This document shows, piece by piece, positions 20,121-33,670 of a stretch of DNA of 64,000 bases. The notes below the pieces were generated by a model that had not been told where the DNA came from, made no database searches, and saw nothing but the letters and a program-made list of their open reading frames with translations. Each line of letters opens with the position of its first letter. The first letter of the stretch is position 1. This stretch comes from an uncultured Actinomycetota bacterium. GTDB lineage: Bacteria > Actinomycetota > Actinomycetes > Propionibacteriales > Propionibacteriaceae. The DNA lies in the NCBI GenBank assembly GCA_963808435.1, contig CAWEFW010000049.1:3707-67706 (forward strand), in the 5' to 3' direction. The position numbers and the translations under genes were made by a program.

Positions 20121-20693
20121 ATGAAAGGCGGGGTCAAGCAGTGGCTCAACTTCGGTCGCGACACCGCCAAGGAGTCCGGCGTGACACTGCTGCCCAGCGG
20201 AGACGCCCCAACCGCTGACCTCTCCTCTTCGACCCAGGTGCTCCTGGTCCGCAGCTACCTCGGGCGCACCCGCAAGCGTCCGCCGTCCCCCAGCCATCTG
20301 CAGCCCGATTGGGCCTTGGAGCCGGTAGACCTGTCCGTCCCGCCCGCGGCCAGCAGCATGCCCGTCGCCCTGCGTTCCGCGATGGGCTTCATCGATGCTC
20401 GCGCGGCCGATCCGATCGGCCTGACCGAGATCGCCACCGCCGCCCAGCTCAGCCCGCGGGCCCTTCAGGCCACCTTCCGTCGACACCTCGGCACCACTCC
20501 GCTCGGACACCTACGCTCGGTGCGGTTGGCGCGGGTCCATGCGGACCTGCTCGCCGCCCGGCGCGGCGACGGCCGGACGGTCTCAGAGATCGCCAGCCGG
20601 TGGGGCTTCAGTCAGCTCAGCCGGTTCGCCTCCGACTACAAGAAGCAGTACGGCCAGTCGCCGCGGGAGACCCTCAGCCAGGTTCAGCCGTGA
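20121..20693 (+). CDS. AraC-type HTH regulator with an atypical short N-terminus
   Basis: 'IATAAQLSPRALQATFRRHLGTTP...VSEIASRWGFSQLSRFASDYKKQYGQSP'; start uncertain. Confidence 0.8.
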   Translation: MKGGVKQWLNFGRDTAKESGVTLLPSGDAPTADLSSSTQVLLVRSYLGRTRKRPPSPSHLQPDWALEPVDLSVPPAASSMPVALRSAMGFIDARAADPIGLTEIATAAQLSPRALQATFRRHLGTTPLGHLRSVRLARVHADLLAARRGDGRTVSEIASRWGFSQLSRFASDYKKQYGQSPRETLSQVQP

Positions 20694-21673
20694 CCGAGGT
20701 CGTCCGCAGAACCCTCAGAACCTCGGCAGCTGCCGGTTATCGCGTCTTCTCTACCGCGGATCCAGTGCACGCCCATGACTACATCTGCGACGCCTACGCG
20801 AACACCACCATGCGGCTGATCGGCGACCAGACGTCGTTGCGCATGCGGGATGAGCAGCACGACCTGGGCTGGTTGACCATGTCGGACTTCAGCCACACGG
20901 CTGGTCTGGAACAGCTCGTCGAACCGCTCGACCGGCTCATGGTCGCCCGCGTCGTCGCCGGACGCTGGCGGCGCGACACCATCGGGGAGGCGCAGCAGAA
21001 CGAGCCGGGAGACGTGTGCATCGTGGCGCAACCAGACCGGCCCTGCCTGATCCGCTGGGACAACCCGGTCCACATGCAGTTCATCTCGATCGACCCGTCC
21101 GTCCTGCTGGACGCCGGGGCGGCGCCAGGCGACCTGGTGCCCCGGTTCACAACCCTGACGCCGCCGTCCGCCGGGAGCAAGCAGCTCGTTGCCGAGGTCA
21201 TGGACCATCTCGTCAGGGACGTCGTCGCCAACCCCACGGCCCGGACCAGCCCACTCGCCCTGCGCGGCGCCGCCCGGACCCTCGCCGCCGCACTGCTGGA
21301 GGCCTTTCCCAACAACGCCATGCGGGACCCGATCGTTCGCGACCGGATCGATGGAGCGCGGTCCCGGGTCCTGCGCGCCGCGGTGGGCTACGTGCACGAC
21401 CATGCCCATGAGGACATCACCATCAGCGACCTGGCCGCCGCGGCCGGCGTGAGCCGGCAGGCAGTGCACCTGGCCTTCCGACAGCACCTGCAGAGCACAC
21501 CGAGCTGCTATCTCGAACGGGTCCGACTGGACCGGGTGCATCGTGACCTCACCGACCTCGACCCGCAGTCGACCACCGTCCAACAGGTGGCCCTGCTCTG
21601 GGGCTTCACCCGGCTGGAGCGCTTCCGCCGCTACTACGGCCACACCTACCGGACCAGCCCGGAACAGACCTGA
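20690..21673 (+). CDS. AraC-family transcriptional regulator
   Basis: N-terminal cupin-like domain plus 'LAAAAGVSRQAVHLAFRQH...WGFTRLERF'; GTGA overlap with the upstream gene. Confidence 0.9.
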   Translation: MTEVVRRTLRTSAAAGYRVFSTADPVHAHDYICDAYANTTMRLIGDQTSLRMRDEQHDLGWLTMSDFSHTAGLEQLVEPLDRLMVARVVAGRWRRDTIGEAQQNEPGDVCIVAQPDRPCLIRWDNPVHMQFISIDPSVLLDAGAAPGDLVPRFTTLTPPSAGSKQLVAEVMDHLVRDVVANPTARTSPLALRGAARTLAAALLEAFPNNAMRDPIVRDRIDGARSRVLRAAVGYVHDHAHEDITISDLAAAAGVSRQAVHLAFRQHLQSTPSCYLERVRLDRVHRDLTDLDPQSTTVQQVALLWGFTRLERFRRYYGHTYRTSPEQT

Positions 21674-21712
21674 GGCTGACCGGCGCTCCGCCGCCCGCCG
21701 GCCATCCCCGGG

Positions 21713-22996
21713 TCAGCTGGTCAGCCGGCCGGCGGTGAGGTGGGCGTGATCAGCCGCCTCGCGTCCGGCCTCCCAGCCCACGGCGTTGTACCGCCCAGCC
21801 CGGGCCGACCGGGTCTTCGGGAAGAGCCGGTCGAACTCCTCCTGCACCGCTTCGGTCTGCCGTTGCAACAGCGGCACGAGCTCCGCACCGTACGACTCCG
21901 CGGCGGCCGTGCTGGTGTCGGTCAGCCGCTCGCCGATGCGCACCGCGTACGCCATCAGGAACGACCGGCGAAAGGAGGCCGAGCGGTCGAACGACCCGGC
22001 CCGGCGCGTGCCGGCTTCGGCCATCGCCCGGGTGGCCTGGATCAGGAGCGAGGTGAACAGCATCTCGACCTGGTCCACATCGACCGGAGTGCCGAGGACC
22101 GTGACCAGCCCGAGTGGCTTGTTCCAGACAGCGCGGCACCGGTTGGCCCGGGCGACCTGGTTGAGCAGCGAGACCTTCTCCCCGGCGTACGGGTTGTGGA
22201 TGTGCACACGTACGCCCCGGATATCGATCGGGCCGTCTCCCGAACCGCGGAGCAACGCCTCGTCGATGGCGTGCCGGGTCATCAGGTCCTGGGCCTTGGC
22301 GGTGAACGTCTCCGCCTCAGCCGCGAACTCGGTCGCCTCGGCCTTGGCCAGCAAGGTCCGGATCCGGTTGAGCACACGGCTGCGCTCCGACCCGTCCTCG
22401 GCGGGGCGGCTGTGGGCGGTGCTGCGGGCCCACGCCGACGGCGGGGGCAGCAGCTGCTCGAGCGCGGGCAGCGCTGCGAGCAGGACAAGCAGCTGGACCA
22501 GGTCGGTCCAGATCTCGACCAGCGAGCGGCTGGAGTCGGCGAAGGCCGCGACCAGGCGGTCCGGGGTCTGTTCGGCGCCCGGCGTCACCGCCTCGTCGGC
22601 CACGGCCCCCAGCTGGTCCCGCCACGCCGGAGGCGGCAGCACCGCCGAGCCGGCCGATCCGAGCTGGGCCATGATGGCAGTGGCCAACAGGGGAACCAGC
22701 CGGGCACGCGACCGACGCACCACGTGGACCAGGTCGGCCGGCTGCCAGCCGTACTCCCAGCGGGCGACCAGGGACTGCCGCAGCCGCATCGACGCCAGCG
22801 CGTCCATCTCGGTGAGCCCGGCCGAGTCGTGCGCGACCAGCTCGTCAGCGACCAACAGGCTGACCGCGTCGGCTGGCAATGCCTCGGCGGCGTGCAGCAA
22901 CCGGCCCAGCCCGCTCTCCACCGGGTCCAGGCGCTCCTCCCCCGGGCGCGGACCGGAGCGGAAGCCGTACCGCTCGTGCTGGTGCTGCCATGCCAC
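21713..22996 (-). CDS. DUF2786-domain protein
   Basis: 'LNRIRTLLAKAEATEFAAEAETFTAKAQDLMTRHAID' is the DUF2786 signature. Confidence 0.85.
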   Translation of the reverse strand: MAWQHQHERYGFRSGPRPGEERLDPVESGLGRLLHAAEALPADAVSLLVADELVAHDSAGLTEMDALASMRLRQSLVARWEYGWQPADLVHVVRRSRARLVPLLATAIMAQLGSAGSAVLPPPAWRDQLGAVADEAVTPGAEQTPDRLVAAFADSSRSLVEIWTDLVQLLVLLAALPALEQLLPPPSAWARSTAHSRPAEDGSERSRVLNRIRTLLAKAEATEFAAEAETFTAKAQDLMTRHAIDEALLRGSGDGPIDIRGVRVHIHNPYAGEKVSLLNQVARANRCRAVWNKPLGLVTVLGTPVDVDQVEMLFTSLLIQATRAMAEAGTRRAGSFDRSASFRRSFLMAYAVRIGERLTDTSTAAAESYGAELVPLLQRQTEAVQEEFDRLFPKTRSARAGRYNAVGWEAGREAADHAHLTAGRLTS

Positions 22997-23098
22997 GGGA
23001 AGTGATCTTGGCGGTCGGCACTGACAGTCACGGCACCGACACGCCAGGTCTCAGGTTGTCTTAGGCTGTCCGGGGTTCGAGGCGGGCGAAGGAGGCAG

Positions 23099-24073
23099 AT
23101 GACCTGGCTGGTCACCGGCGGTGCCGGGTACATCGGCGCCCACGTCGTCCGTGCGTTCGCCGAGCAGAGCATCCCGACCGTCGTGGTTGACGACCTGTCC
23201 AGCGGGCATCGCTCATTCGTCGCCGGCGAGGTGCCGTTCTACGAGGGCAACGTGACCGACGGCGCCCTGCTGCGCCGGATCTTCGCGCAGCACACCATCG
23301 CGGGGGTGGTGCATCTGGCGGGGTTCAAGTACGCCGGGGTGTCGGTGAGCCGCCCGCTGCACACCTATACCCAGAACGTGACCGGCATGGTGGCGCTGCT
23401 GGTGGCCATGGCCGAGTTCGACGTGCCCCGGTTCGTCTTCTCCTCCAGCGCCGCGGTGTACGGCACGCCGGATACCGGCGTGGTCACCGAGGACACCCCA
23501 ACCCGTCCGGAGTCGCCGTACGGGGAGTCGAAGCTGGTCGGCGAATGGCTGCTCGCGGACCAGGCGCGGGCGACCGCGGACACCGACGGTCCCCTCCGAC
23601 ACACCTCGTTGCGCTACTTCAACGTGGTCGGGTCCGGCTACCCCGACCTGCGCGACACCAGCCCGCACAACCTGTTCCCGCTGGTCTTCGACGCCCTGGC
23701 CGAGGGCCGGGTGCCGCACATCAACGGGACCGACTACCCCACCCCGGACGGCACCTGTGTCCGGGACTACGTCCACGTCTCCGACCTGGCCACCTCGCAC
23801 GTCGCCGCCGCGCAGGGGCTGCTGGAAGGGCGACCCCTGGAGCCGGTGTACAACCTCGGCAGCGGGAGCGGGCTGTCGGTCCGGGAGATCATGGACGCGG
23901 TCGCCCGAGGGACAGGTATCGACTTTGCCCCGGAGGTCCGGGCCCGCCGGCCGGGCGACCCGGCTCAGATCGTCGCCACCGGCGAGCTGGCGGCGCGGGA
24001 CCTGAACTGGCAGATGCGGCACACGGTCGACGAGATGGTGGCCTCGGCCTGGGCGGCCCGGCAAGCCGCCTGA
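23099..24073 (+). CDS. galE: UDP-glucose 4-epimerase
   Basis: 'LVTGGAGYIGAH', 'FSSSAAVYG', 'YGESK', 'LRYFNV', 'DGTCVRDYVHV'. Confidence 0.93.
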   Translation: MTWLVTGGAGYIGAHVVRAFAEQSIPTVVVDDLSSGHRSFVAGEVPFYEGNVTDGALLRRIFAQHTIAGVVHLAGFKYAGVSVSRPLHTYTQNVTGMVALLVAMAEFDVPRFVFSSSAAVYGTPDTGVVTEDTPTRPESPYGESKLVGEWLLADQARATADTDGPLRHTSLRYFNVVGSGYPDLRDTSPHNLFPLVFDALAEGRVPHINGTDYPTPDGTCVRDYVHVSDLATSHVAAAQGLLEGRPLEPVYNLGSGSGLSVREIMDAVARGTGIDFAPEVRARRPGDPAQIVATGELAARDLNWQMRHTVDEMVASAWAARQAA

Positions 24074-24098
24074 ACTGCTCGGCGTAGCCCGCCGGCGC

Positions 24099-24214
24099 TT
24101 CGAGCATCGGAGGACCGCTCTGGTGGCGATCGGAGGAGCGATGCGGGAAGGGCGTTCCTTCCGTTCCTGAAGAGCGACGACGACGCCAGCAGTAGAGCGC
24201 GACGGGTGCGAGAA
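24099..24214 (+). repeat. Dispersed intergenic repeat, copy 2
   Basis: Shares three conserved blocks, in the same order and with similar spacing, with the reverse complement of 11413-11523. Confidence 0.75.
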
Positions 24215-24239
24215 GAGCCCAAGGAGGGACCTCACACCC

Positions 24240-24286
24240 GAAACACCGTTGTCACATTGCCGCGAGAACTGGAACGCGGGCGTAAC
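24240..24286 (+). promoter_or_regulatory. Candidate GlnR-binding boxes upstream of amtB
   Basis: GAAAC-n6-GTCAC (24240-24255) and GGAAC-n6-GTAAC (24271-24286) fit the GlnR a/b-site pattern; the amtB-glnK-glnD operon is a known GlnR target. Confidence 0.45.
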
Positions 24287-24406
24287 TCGGCACCAATTTG
24301 ATGCAACACGGATCGAGCAGAGTTCTTCGTAACCTCGGGCGGCCCAGGATCCAGCTCGCCCGGTGGCGACGTACACGTTTCCAGTTACTTCACCGAAAGA
24401 AGCAAC

Positions 24407-28508
<4,102 letters not shown>

Positions 28509-28562
28509 CTGTCCCTTCGGCTATCCAGCGCACGGGACCGGCCAATGCCGTGGCACCGTCTC

Positions 28563-28975
28563 TCACTGCCGTCGAGGCGCTGTGGCGGCGAGGGCGTTGC
28601 GGATCCGGTTGTTGATCATTGGTCGGCGTTGGCGGTCGATGTGCCAGGGTGACCGCCACTCGGGCAGGCCGTCGGGGTTGATGGTGCAGTCCCAGCCGCG
28701 GGCGAGGAAGTTGTAGTTGTGGTACCGACACAGCAGGGTCAGATTGTCCAGATCCGTCGCATCTCGGCCTGGCCGGCCAGGTCCAGCGCCTTCGCGGTGG
28801 GGATCAGGGTGCCGTCGGAGGTGACCGCGTAGCCGGTCTTGTCGAGCAGGTTCTGCAGGTCGACCGTGACGATCACCGTCGCCGGCGTGCCCCCGGCATC
28901 CCGCACGCTGTCGGAGCGCAGCAGCCGGTCGCACACCGTTCCAGGGCGTCGTGCATCCGCTGCCCATACTTCACC
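28563..28975 (-). pseudogene. DUF222/HNH endonuclease (13E12-repeat-type) remnant
   Basis: Fragments 'QRMHDAL', 'TVIVTVDLQNL...DGTLIP' and 'TDLDNLTLLCRYH' lie in different frames; there is a 1-nt deletion and the central CxxC-HH part is absent. Confidence 0.75.
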
Positions 28976-29026
28976 CTCCACGCCACAAAGGACGGTGGGT
29001 ATTTGACTGAGGAGATTGATGCTGAC

Positions 29027-29998
29027 TCAGTCGTCCGCAGCCGTTGCGATCAGCTCGTCCACCTCAGCCGAGGTGGGCGGCTGAGCACCTTGACGGGAGC
29101 AGTTGATCGACGCGGCGGCGGCGGCCCGACGTAGGCACGATTCGAGGTCCACGCCGAGGCTGATCCGCGCGTCGAGGAAGCCCGCCATGAACGTGTCCCC
29201 CGCCCCGACCGTGTCGATCACCTTGGTCGGATAGCCGGGGACTCGGGTCGTCTTGCCCCCCGGCTCCACTGCAGCCCCGCCGCCGGGGCCCAGGGTGATC
29301 ACACCCAGCCCGAGGCCGTACTGCTCCACCCAGCTCGCGGTCAGCTCCACCGGGTCGGAGGTTCCCGACGCGGCGGCCTGAACGGCGGACGCCTGCGCCA
29401 GGAAGGCGATGTCGGCGTCACTGGCCTTGACGATGCCGCCACGCTGCCCGAGCACCCGCAGCCACGGCTGCACCTTGCCCCAGTAAGTCTCCGGGTCGGT
29501 GATCACCGTCGGCCGCACGTTGATGTCGTACGACACCCCGCACCGCACCCCACGCATCCACTCCAGCAGCACCTCCGCCCCGGGACTGACCACACAGGAC
29601 AGCGAGGCGATGTGCAGCCAGTCGTCTTCGTCCAGCTGCGGCAGGTCGTCGACCTGCCACCCGAAGTTGGCCGTGTCGTGGAAGTGGAAGGTGTAGCTCG
29701 CCACCCCCTCCGCGTCCAGACTGACCACGGCGATCGAGGTGGCCTGGGAGGACTCGGTGGCGAGGTCGAGCTGCACGTTGGCGCCTAGGATGTGCGTCCG
29801 CAGCTGCCGGCCGAACGCGTCCTTGGACAGCCGCCCGAGGAAATGGGTGTCGGCTCCCAGCCGACCCAGCGCAACGGCCGAGTTCATCGGACCGCCGGCC
29901 GACAAAGCCAGCCAGGTCGAGCGTTGCGCATCAGGTGGCGGGGAGTCGGACGGCACCAGGTCGATCAACGTCTCTCCGCACACCACGAAGCGCGTCAT
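29027..29998 (-). CDS. PfkB-family carbohydrate kinase (fructokinase-like)
   Basis: 'VVCGETLIDL', 'GGPMNSAVALGRLG', 'DTVGAGDTFMAG'; ATG 29998. Confidence 0.93.
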   Translation of the reverse strand: MTRFVVCGETLIDLVPSDSPPPDAQRSTWLALSAGGPMNSAVALGRLGADTHFLGRLSKDAFGRQLRTHILGANVQLDLATESSQATSIAVVSLDAEGVASYTFHFHDTANFGWQVDDLPQLDEDDWLHIASLSCVVSPGAEVLLEWMRGVRCGVSYDINVRPTVITDPETYWGKVQPWLRVLGQRGGIVKASDADIAFLAQASAVQAAASGTSDPVELTASWVEQYGLGLGVITLGPGGGAAVEPGGKTTRVPGYPTKVIDTVGAGDTFMAGFLDARISLGVDLESCLRRAAAAASINCSRQGAQPPTSAEVDELIATAADD

Positions 29999-30024
29999 GG
30001 TGGACAACCTAACGTCAGGGGGCC

Positions 30025-31080
30025 TCACCCGGCCAACCGTGCGAGCTCCCTGCGCAAGTCGTCGTGAACCTGGCCACCCATGCTCTGCCAGAGTCGCGGC
30101 GGGATCGCCCGCGCGCTGATCTGTTCCAGCAGAAGCCCCATCGAGTAGCCCGGGTGCCGGCGTGAAAGCTCCTCGCCGGCGCAGTTCAGCAGCGCTCCGT
30201 TGCCGCTGATCCAGCTCGCCATCCCGACCAGAGCCAGCGGCGCGGACGACAGATCCGGAGCCACTCCGCCGACGACCCGCAGCCACAGCCCCACGTGCTG
30301 CTCGGCGCTGTCCGGGTCGATCATGGCCCAGACCAGGTCGCGGAGCCGGATCTCGTCCACCAGCACGGCGAGCTCGGTGCAGTCCCGGTCGTCCAGAGCA
30401 CCAGGATCGGCCAAACCGGCCTGGACACCACGGACCAGCCGGGCCGCCGGATCCTCCCCCGAACGCCAGTCCGCCCGCGCCCTCCGCACCTCCCCCGCCA
30501 GCTCGACGAGCCGGGGCACCTCCGCCAACGGCGGTCCGGCGACCGTCGCGGCCAGCTCCTCCCGGCTCGCCCGGGTCGTCAGCCCAGCGAAGACCGCCTC
30601 CGCTGCCAGACGGTGCTCCGCCACGTCGTACGGCGTGCCCTCGGCCGGGCAGCAGGCCTGGTCGCAGGTCAGCGACCACCACCGCGATCCGTCGACGTAC
30701 AGGGCATCGGTCACCAGCCGCGCCGGCAGCGCCGCAACCAGCCCGCTCAGAAAGGACCGGGCCGGCTCAGGCTGCTCGCTGTAGGTGAAGAGCACGAGCT
30801 CGTTCGCCCGGTTCTGCCGGGCCAGGTGCCGCAGCTCGACGGCGAACCCCGGCGCCGCGCTCACGGCGGGGAGGTCCATTCGGGCGATCAGCCCGACGCT
30901 GCCGCCGCAGACGAATACCGCCACCAGCGACTCGTGCGGATGGAAACCCAGCTCATACGGGATCAGGGCCAGCAGGTCGGCCGGACCGCGGGCCCGCAGC
31001 CGTACGCGGTCGTCGGTCGGTGCCGATCGACCGACCAGGCTGCGGCGCACCCGTCCCGGCCGACTCAGTCGACGGCTCAT
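30025..31080 (-). CDS. DUF4192-domain protein
   Basis: 'GPADLLALIPYELGFHPHESLV...RMDLP...IRLRD...LVGMASWISGNGALLN'. Confidence 0.85.
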   Translation of the reverse strand: MSRRLSRPGRVRRSLVGRSAPTDDRVRLRARGPADLLALIPYELGFHPHESLVAVFVCGGSVGLIARMDLPAVSAAPGFAVELRHLARQNRANELVLFTYSEQPEPARSFLSGLVAALPARLVTDALYVDGSRWWSLTCDQACCPAEGTPYDVAEHRLAAEAVFAGLTTRASREELAATVAGPPLAEVPRLVELAGEVRRARADWRSGEDPAARLVRGVQAGLADPGALDDRDCTELAVLVDEIRLRDLVWAMIDPDSAEQHVGLWLRVVGGVAPDLSSAPLALVGMASWISGNGALLNCAGEELSRRHPGYSMGLLLEQISARAIPPRLWQSMGGQVHDDLRRELARLAG

Positions 31081-31194
31081 CGGACCACCGCCGGGCGAAT
31101 GCCAAGGATGCCTCGGGCACCTGGAACATCAACGAAGGGACTCATGCCGGCAGGATGCGGATCCGACCCAGCACCGTTCCGCTCCTGCCGAGAT

Positions 31195-31234
31195 CTGTGG
31201 ACAACCCCGTCCTGACCTCAAGCCTGTGGAAAAC
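31195..31234. promoter_or_regulatory. Pair of DnaA-box-like motifs upstream of DUF4192
   Basis: CTGTGGACAAC (reverse contains TTGTCCACA, the actinobacterial DnaA box) and CTGTGGAAAAC, 29 bp apart. Confidence 0.45.
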
Positions 31235-31286
31235 CTTGGTTACAGCCACTGCCTCGCTCCGCCCCCTGCGCTACCGTGGTCGGATC

Positions 31287-31943
31287 ATGGCCGAGCCCGA
31301 GGACGACCTTTCCGGGATGGGATCCGCCCCCCGCGGACCTTCGTTCGTGCCCTCGATGCCGGCCGCCGACCGGGCCTCCTTGACCCAGGGACCGTCGAGT
31401 CCAACCGGCCCCGTCGGTCCGCCTCGGTCGATCCGGCCGACCGTGATCTCGATCCTGGTCATCGCCTTCGTCGCCGTGGTGGTGGCCGGCGCCAGCCTCG
31501 TCGCCTACTGGGGCGACACTCATGTCGGCATCAGCGCCCCTACCCGGACCACGACCGTCCCGGTCTACTCCAGCCCACCCGACCGGATCGACTTCGTCAC
31601 CGCGAAGGGCACCGGCCAGCTGATCATGCGGACCCGGTCATGGGTGACCGGTGGCTCGGTGCCGCCGGCGTCTGGGAGCTACCTCCGCGTCGAGGTGGAG
31701 CTGGTCTGCACGAAGGGCGAGGTCGACTACGACCCCTACCTGTTCCAGGCCTTCGACCAGTCCGGACAGCTGTTCGAGATGGCCGCGGCGGGCGCCGGCG
31801 AGAAGGTGCTCCCGGTGGGCACGCTGAGCGCGGACGAACGGATCAGTGGCTCGATCGCCTTCGACATGCCCCGTGGCGAGGTCACCCTGCTGATGAGTGA
31901 CGACTCCGAGAACACCGTCACCGCACTCAAGGTTCCGGACTAG
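31287..31943 (+). CDS. Single-TM protein with an extracytoplasmic DUF4352-like Ig-type domain
   Basis: Pro-rich N-terminus, one TM helix, then 'YLRVEVEL...F.AFDQSG...G.IAFDMP'. Confidence 0.65.
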   Translation: MAEPEDDLSGMGSAPRGPSFVPSMPAADRASLTQGPSSPTGPVGPPRSIRPTVISILVIAFVAVVVAGASLVAYWGDTHVGISAPTRTTTVPVYSSPPDRIDFVTAKGTGQLIMRTRSWVTGGSVPPASGSYLRVEVELVCTKGEVDYDPYLFQAFDQSGQLFEMAAAGAGEKVLPVGTLSADERISGSIAFDMPRGEVTLLMSDDSENTVTALKVPD

Positions 31944-31985
31944 AGCCTGCCGCGCCCGCGAGCATCCATCGCTAGGCTGGCGGGC

Positions 31986-32954
31986 GTGGCCGACCTGGAG
32001 CGGCGGGAGCTACGCGGCTGGCCGGTTCTCGAGCTCGCTACCGATGCGATCACCGCCGCCATCGTTCCCGGTCTCGGTGGGGCCGTCTGGTCCCTGACCC
32101 GGAGGGCCGACGGAGCCGAACTGTTGGGCAGCACCCCGTGGGGCCTTCCGGCCTACGGCGCCCCGACGCTGCCGGGCAGATCCGACGCCCAGGCGATGAG
32201 CACCTTCGGCGGCTGGCAGACGCTGTTCCCCAACGGCGGTGACGCAACGACGGTGCAGGGCGTCGAGTGGGGGTTCGACGGTGAGGCGCGCCTCACTCCG
32301 CTGGACTGGGACTACACCGGGTCGTCCCTGATCATGAACGGCCGCCTCCGGCACACGCCGTTCAACCTGACCCGGACGATCTCGCTACGCGGCCACGAGC
32401 TCAGCCTCGTTGAGACGGTGCGCAATGTCGGCAACGAGCGGATCGCCACCATGTGGGGCAGCCAGCTCACGCTGGGCGGCGACCTGCTGGGTCCGGACAC
32501 CGTGCTCGATACCGCGGCCACCGTGGTCCGCCCCGACTCGCGGTTCGTCCCCTCGGCGAGCTACGACGATGTCAGCCCGTGGCCGCGTACGCCGGCGGGG
32601 GACGCGGTGGTCAACCTCCGGAGCGTCCCGGGCCCAGACACCGACGAGTCGCGGCTGGCCTACCTGAGCGACTTCACCCGGCCCTGGCTGCGCGTCACCC
32701 GGCCGGAGCGGCGGCTCGGACTGGACCTGGAATGGGACGAGAACCGCTGGCCGCACGTGTGGTACCGGCTGGAGGCGGGTGGCCAAAGCGGCTTCCCCTG
32801 GTACCGCGGCGGCTACTTCCTCAGCCTCACCCCGTCCACCAGCTGGCCGGCGCACGGGTTGCCGGAGGCCCGTCGGGTCGCCGACAGCACCCTGTCGATA
32901 CCGGCCGGAGCGACGCGTACGTCGTTCGCCACCTTGACCGTGCACCCCGGATGA
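31986..32954 (+). CDS. Aldose-1-epimerase/galactose-mutarotase-like protein
   Basis: 'ATDAITAAIVPGLGGAVWSL', 'GGWQTLFPNGG', beta-sandwich-type sequence. Confidence 0.75.
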   Translation: MADLERRELRGWPVLELATDAITAAIVPGLGGAVWSLTRRADGAELLGSTPWGLPAYGAPTLPGRSDAQAMSTFGGWQTLFPNGGDATTVQGVEWGFDGEARLTPLDWDYTGSSLIMNGRLRHTPFNLTRTISLRGHELSLVETVRNVGNERIATMWGSQLTLGGDLLGPDTVLDTAATVVRPDSRFVPSASYDDVSPWPRTPAGDAVVNLRSVPGPDTDESRLAYLSDFTRPWLRVTRPERRLGLDLEWDENRWPHVWYRLEAGGQSGFPWYRGGYFLSLTPSTSWPAHGLPEARRVADSTLSIPAGATRTSFATLTVHPG

Positions 32955-33064
32955 GGACATCGCGCGTCGAGGCCCCGATCGTTTGGCCGGACCGGGCACC
33001 CTGGAACCACCGGTCGCCCGGCACCTCGCCCGGTCGGCCGTAGACCCGAGAGAGACCGGAGTCC

Positions 33065-33670
33065 ATGGCTGTACAGACCACTCCCCGAGCCGGTGCCGCG
33101 GCCCTCGTCATGATCGCCCTGCTCGCCTGGATGTGGCTGCTGGAGGCCGTCGACACCGCCTCGGGCCACCAGCTGGACAACTACGGCATCCATGCCCAGG
33201 AGATCGACGGACTGCCCGGGATCATCTCCGCCCCGTTCCTGCACGGCGGTTGGGACCACCTGATCAGCAACTCGATGCCGTTCTTCGTGTTGGGCTTCCT
33301 GGTCCTGCTCGGCGGCGTGGCCCGGTGGCTGCTGTCCTCGATGATCAGCATCATCAGCTCCGGGCTGACCGCCTGGCTGCTGACGCCCGGCGACGTGGTC
33401 ATCCTGGGCGCCAGTGGCCTGATCTTCGGCTGGCTGACCTATCTGCTGGCGCGGGGGATCTGGTCACGACGGGCTGGGCAGGTGATCATCGCCGTGCTGG
33501 TGCTGCTGGTCTACGGCGGGCTCATCTTCGGCGTGCTCCCCGGCCAGCCCGGGGTCAGCTGGCAGGCCCACCTAGGCGGCGCGGTCGGCGGCGTACTGGC
33601 CGCCTGGCTGCTGCACCGGCGGCGCACCAGCCGTCAGCTGGTGGGGTCGGCCTCGTCGTCGGGTTGGTAG
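33065..33670 (+). CDS. Rhomboid-family intramembrane serine protease
   Basis: 'APFLHGGWDHLISN', catalytic 'GASG', 'SWQAHLGG'. Confidence 0.92.
   Translation: MAVQTTPRAGAAALVMIALLAWMWLLEAVDTASGHQLDNYGIHAQEIDGLPGIISAPFLHGGWDHLISNSMPFFVLGFLVLLGGVARWLLSSMISIISSGLTAWLLTPGDVVILGASGLIFGWLTYLLARGIWSRRAGQVIIAVLVLLVYGGLIFGVLPGQPGVSWQAHLGGAVGGVLAAWLLHRRRTSRQLVGSASSSGW

Noticed and set aside
23048-23070. Imperfect 10-bp direct repeat (GTCTCAGGTT/GTCTTAGGCT) between DUF2786 and galE
   Set aside because: Two mismatches in ten and no second instance; could be chance.
33634-33670. 37-bp convergent overlap of rhomboid and Hpt genes
   Set aside because: Short tail-to-tail overlaps are common in compact high-GC genomes; no sign of a functional link.
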